From a virus (taxonomy: Duplodnaviria > Caudoviricetes), in the IMG/VR virus record IMGVR_UViG_3300030372_002131, positions 1-36,606 of that record: a stretch of 36,606 nucleotides of DNA; one strand, given 5' to 3'. The position numbers were made by a program, and so were the translations under genes. Shown here in pieces: positions 34,648 through 36,606 of this stretch. Numbering within the stretch: the stretch's first letter is position 1; every line of letters begins with the position of its first letter. A model generated the notes under the pieces. It did no database searches. It worked only from the letters and a program-made list of their open reading frames with translations, and was not told where the DNA came from.

Positions 34648-36207
34648 TTATTCAATAGGTTCCTCGGGTTGTTCCGAAGCCATTGTTTGATCGGTAGCAC
34701 TCTTGATAGCCGAGGGGCCGAGCTTCTCTGCCATTTGTTGCATCTGAGCTTGTTGTTGCTCTTGTAAAATATCTTCTTGTGTTTTGATAAGACCCGCTGT
34801 TTTTATTCCGAGGGAAGTTGCTCGTCTCTTAAAGTATTCGTCTACGTTTACAAATGTCCCGATAGCTTGTGGGCCTACAACTTGCGCTGCTCCTGCGAGG
34901 AAGGCATCAAGTTTCTGTAAATCATTACCTCTTCCTAAAGCTTCAAGACCAGTGATTACCACGGGCTTCACGAGATCACTCGGGAGCTTCGGCATCTTCT
35001 TAGTCTTTTGCATAACATCCATTATACGTTTTACGAGAGGTGTCTGTAGTTCATTAGAAAGTAAGGAGTATAAACCACCGAGTGAACTTTCGAGTTCCTG
35101 AGATACCATTCGTATTTCCTCGGCTGTTACCCTCTCAGCACTTCTTATAGAATTACTGGTAAGTAGAAAGCTTTGCCCGAGCCTGTCCTTGATTGAGTTG
35201 ATTGTCTCGGCTGCTACTCGGAAGTCATTAAATTTATTTAACTGCAAAGTTGAAACATCATTAGCTGAACCGCTGACAATAGCACCATTCGGGCTTTTGC
35301 TGAGATCCCTAGCCTTCGTTGTTCCATTTGGGGAAACGAGGAAGAGTACCTTGGCTGCTGCTGCTGATCCCTCAACGATTGCTTGAGTAAGTGACTCGAG
35401 TGATTGTAGATCCCCGAGCATATCCTCGATGAATGATCTACCATAACTTTCACCATCCACCCGAGAAAACCTAAGAGGTATGTACGGGTTTTTATCGAGG
35501 GGCAATAAGCCTCCTGTCTTTGGTAAAAGTGTTCCATTGATATCTTGCTTAACCAACCACTTATCCCCGTGTCGGCATATAGCAGTAAATAGGTTTACGT
35601 TTTCAATGTCAGTACTCTTAGATAAATCTTTTGGTGTCCCGATAGCTTCTTTGATTTCCTCGTCAAGTGCTGAGTAACTAAGAGTCTCTTTCGTGGCTAT
35701 GTATAAGACGTTACCCATCGGGTCTCTCTCGATAACAAAGCGGTCAAGACGGAACACTCGCATACCCATCTTTTCATCCGTGAAGATAAGAGCATTACCA
35801 GTTACTATGAGATTTTTTAGAGCTTCATGCAAAACGATGCGATATCTTTCGCGAGCAATTTCATCCATTATTGTGTCCTCAACCTTTTGTAAAGCCGAGT
35901 CAATTTCCGAGATAACTTTCTCCTCGGCTCCCTCCTGTTGCAGTTTGTTTTTATCTACTTGTAGTCTGAAGAAGGGAGCGTTCGGTGGGAGAAGGGCAAG
36001 CAACAATTTAGATGCTAGGTTATTTGTACCTTTCGATCCTATACTTTGAAATGGTGTATTGAGACGAGAGCTTGTTCCGAAGCCTTCATCAGGTAATATG
36101 TAAGGGAGTGTTAAACGCGCTGCTTGTCTACCTCGTTCTAAATAACTGTGTCTATTACCTTCAAGCTTACTATAAAGCTGCTCGGCTGTTTCTTTTGAGT
36201 AGTTCAT
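34648..36207 (-). CDS. Portal / head-tail connector (gp8-like)
   Basis: 'QSIGSKGTNNLASKL...LLPPN.PFFRL', 'GESYGRS', 'ERVTAEEIR', 'TGLEALGRG.DL'. Confidence 0.97.
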   Translation of the reverse strand: MNYSKETAEQLYSKLEGNRHSYLERGRQAARLTLPYILPDEGFGTSSRLNTPFQSIGSKGTNNLASKLLLALLPPNAPFFRLQVDKNKLQQEGAEEKVISEIDSALQKVEDTIMDEIARERYRIVLHEALKNLIVTGNALIFTDEKMGMRVFRLDRFVIERDPMGNVLYIATKETLSYSALDEEIKEAIGTPKDLSKSTDIENVNLFTAICRHGDKWLVKQDINGTLLPKTGGLLPLDKNPYIPLRFSRVDGESYGRSFIEDMLGDLQSLESLTQAIVEGSAAAAKVLFLVSPNGTTKARDLSKSPNGAIVSGSANDVSTLQLNKFNDFRVAAETINSIKDRLGQSFLLTSNSIRSAERVTAEEIRMVSQELESSLGGLYSLLSNELQTPLVKRIMDVMQKTKKMPKLPSDLVKPVVITGLEALGRGNDLQKLDAFLAGAAQVVGPQAIGTFVNVDEYFKRRATSLGIKTAGLIKTQEDILQEQQQAQMQQMAEKLGPSAIKSATDQTMASEQPEEPIE

Positions 36208-36216
36208 ATAAATTTT

Positions 36217-36606
36217 TTAATCGGGTTGAGTCCAAGCTTCGTTGACATCAGGAGTAGTTGGGTCGTCTGCTATGAATTTTCCATCGGCATCCCTAGCTCT
36301 CTGAGGTTCTGCTGGTTCTTCTAGTAAAGGTTCGGGAGGAAATACCCAGTCACTCGGAAGGGATTCTAAAATCTCGTCTTCATCTGTGAGGATGTCTTTA
36401 TCAACTGCAACAACTGTTGAAGAGATTACTTCAAATGTTTCTGGATCTGTTTCAGTTTCCGTTGTTGTTGGTAACAAGATTGCTGCTCTCGGATCTTCTT
36501 CTTTGCTTTCAACTACAGTAGAAAACCAGTATCTACTTCCAGTACCATTCTGGCTGTAACTAAGTCCACGCATAGCTCCTGCCTGTTCACTGCGAATATG
36601 TGCTTG
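36217..36606 (-). CDS. Hypothetical virion-associated protein (5' end probably outside window)
   Basis: Frame stays open to the window edge (QAHIRSEQAGA-MRGLSY...). C-terminal 'RARDADGKFIADDPTTPDVNEAW' is a motif recurrent in marine phage proteins. Confidence 0.7.
   Translation of the reverse strand, partial: QAHIRSEQAGAMRGLSYSQNGTGSRYWFSTVVESKEEDPRAAILLPTTTETETDPETFEVISSTVVAVDKDILTDEDEILESLPSDWVFPPEPLLEEPAEPQRARDADGKFIADDPTTPDVNEAWTQPD

Overview
This window is most of a circularly permuted, AT-rich T7-like podophage genome (Autographiviridae type, probably marine). All credible genes are on the minus strand. In transcription order from the probable genome-end region (15434-16143): early genes (ardC, small ORFs, a DnaA-domain-IV-like HTH protein), a tyrosine integrase with an attP containing the 5' half of tRNA-Leu(TAG), then RNA polymerase, SSB, endonuclease I, primase-helicase, DNA polymerase A, exonuclease and a dATP/dGTP diphosphohydrolase-like gene. 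Late genes run off the left edge and resume at the right edge: portal, scaffold, a lysis-like trio, capsid, tail tubes, internal virion proteins, fibre, holin, terminases and amidase. The top findings are: (1) a candidate ~90-nt phage sRNA with its own promoter and terminator, upstream of int, whose loop is antisense to an (A)ACCUAA motif found at the start of nearly every early gene; (2) strong genome-wide enrichment of CCCGAG/CTCGGG, also used to build regulatory hairpins; (3) a 5'-half-tRNA attP whose arm repeats abut the RNAP start; (4) a GNAT-like domain inserted in the gp16-like ejection protein. All calls come from reading the sequence by eye; no searches were run.
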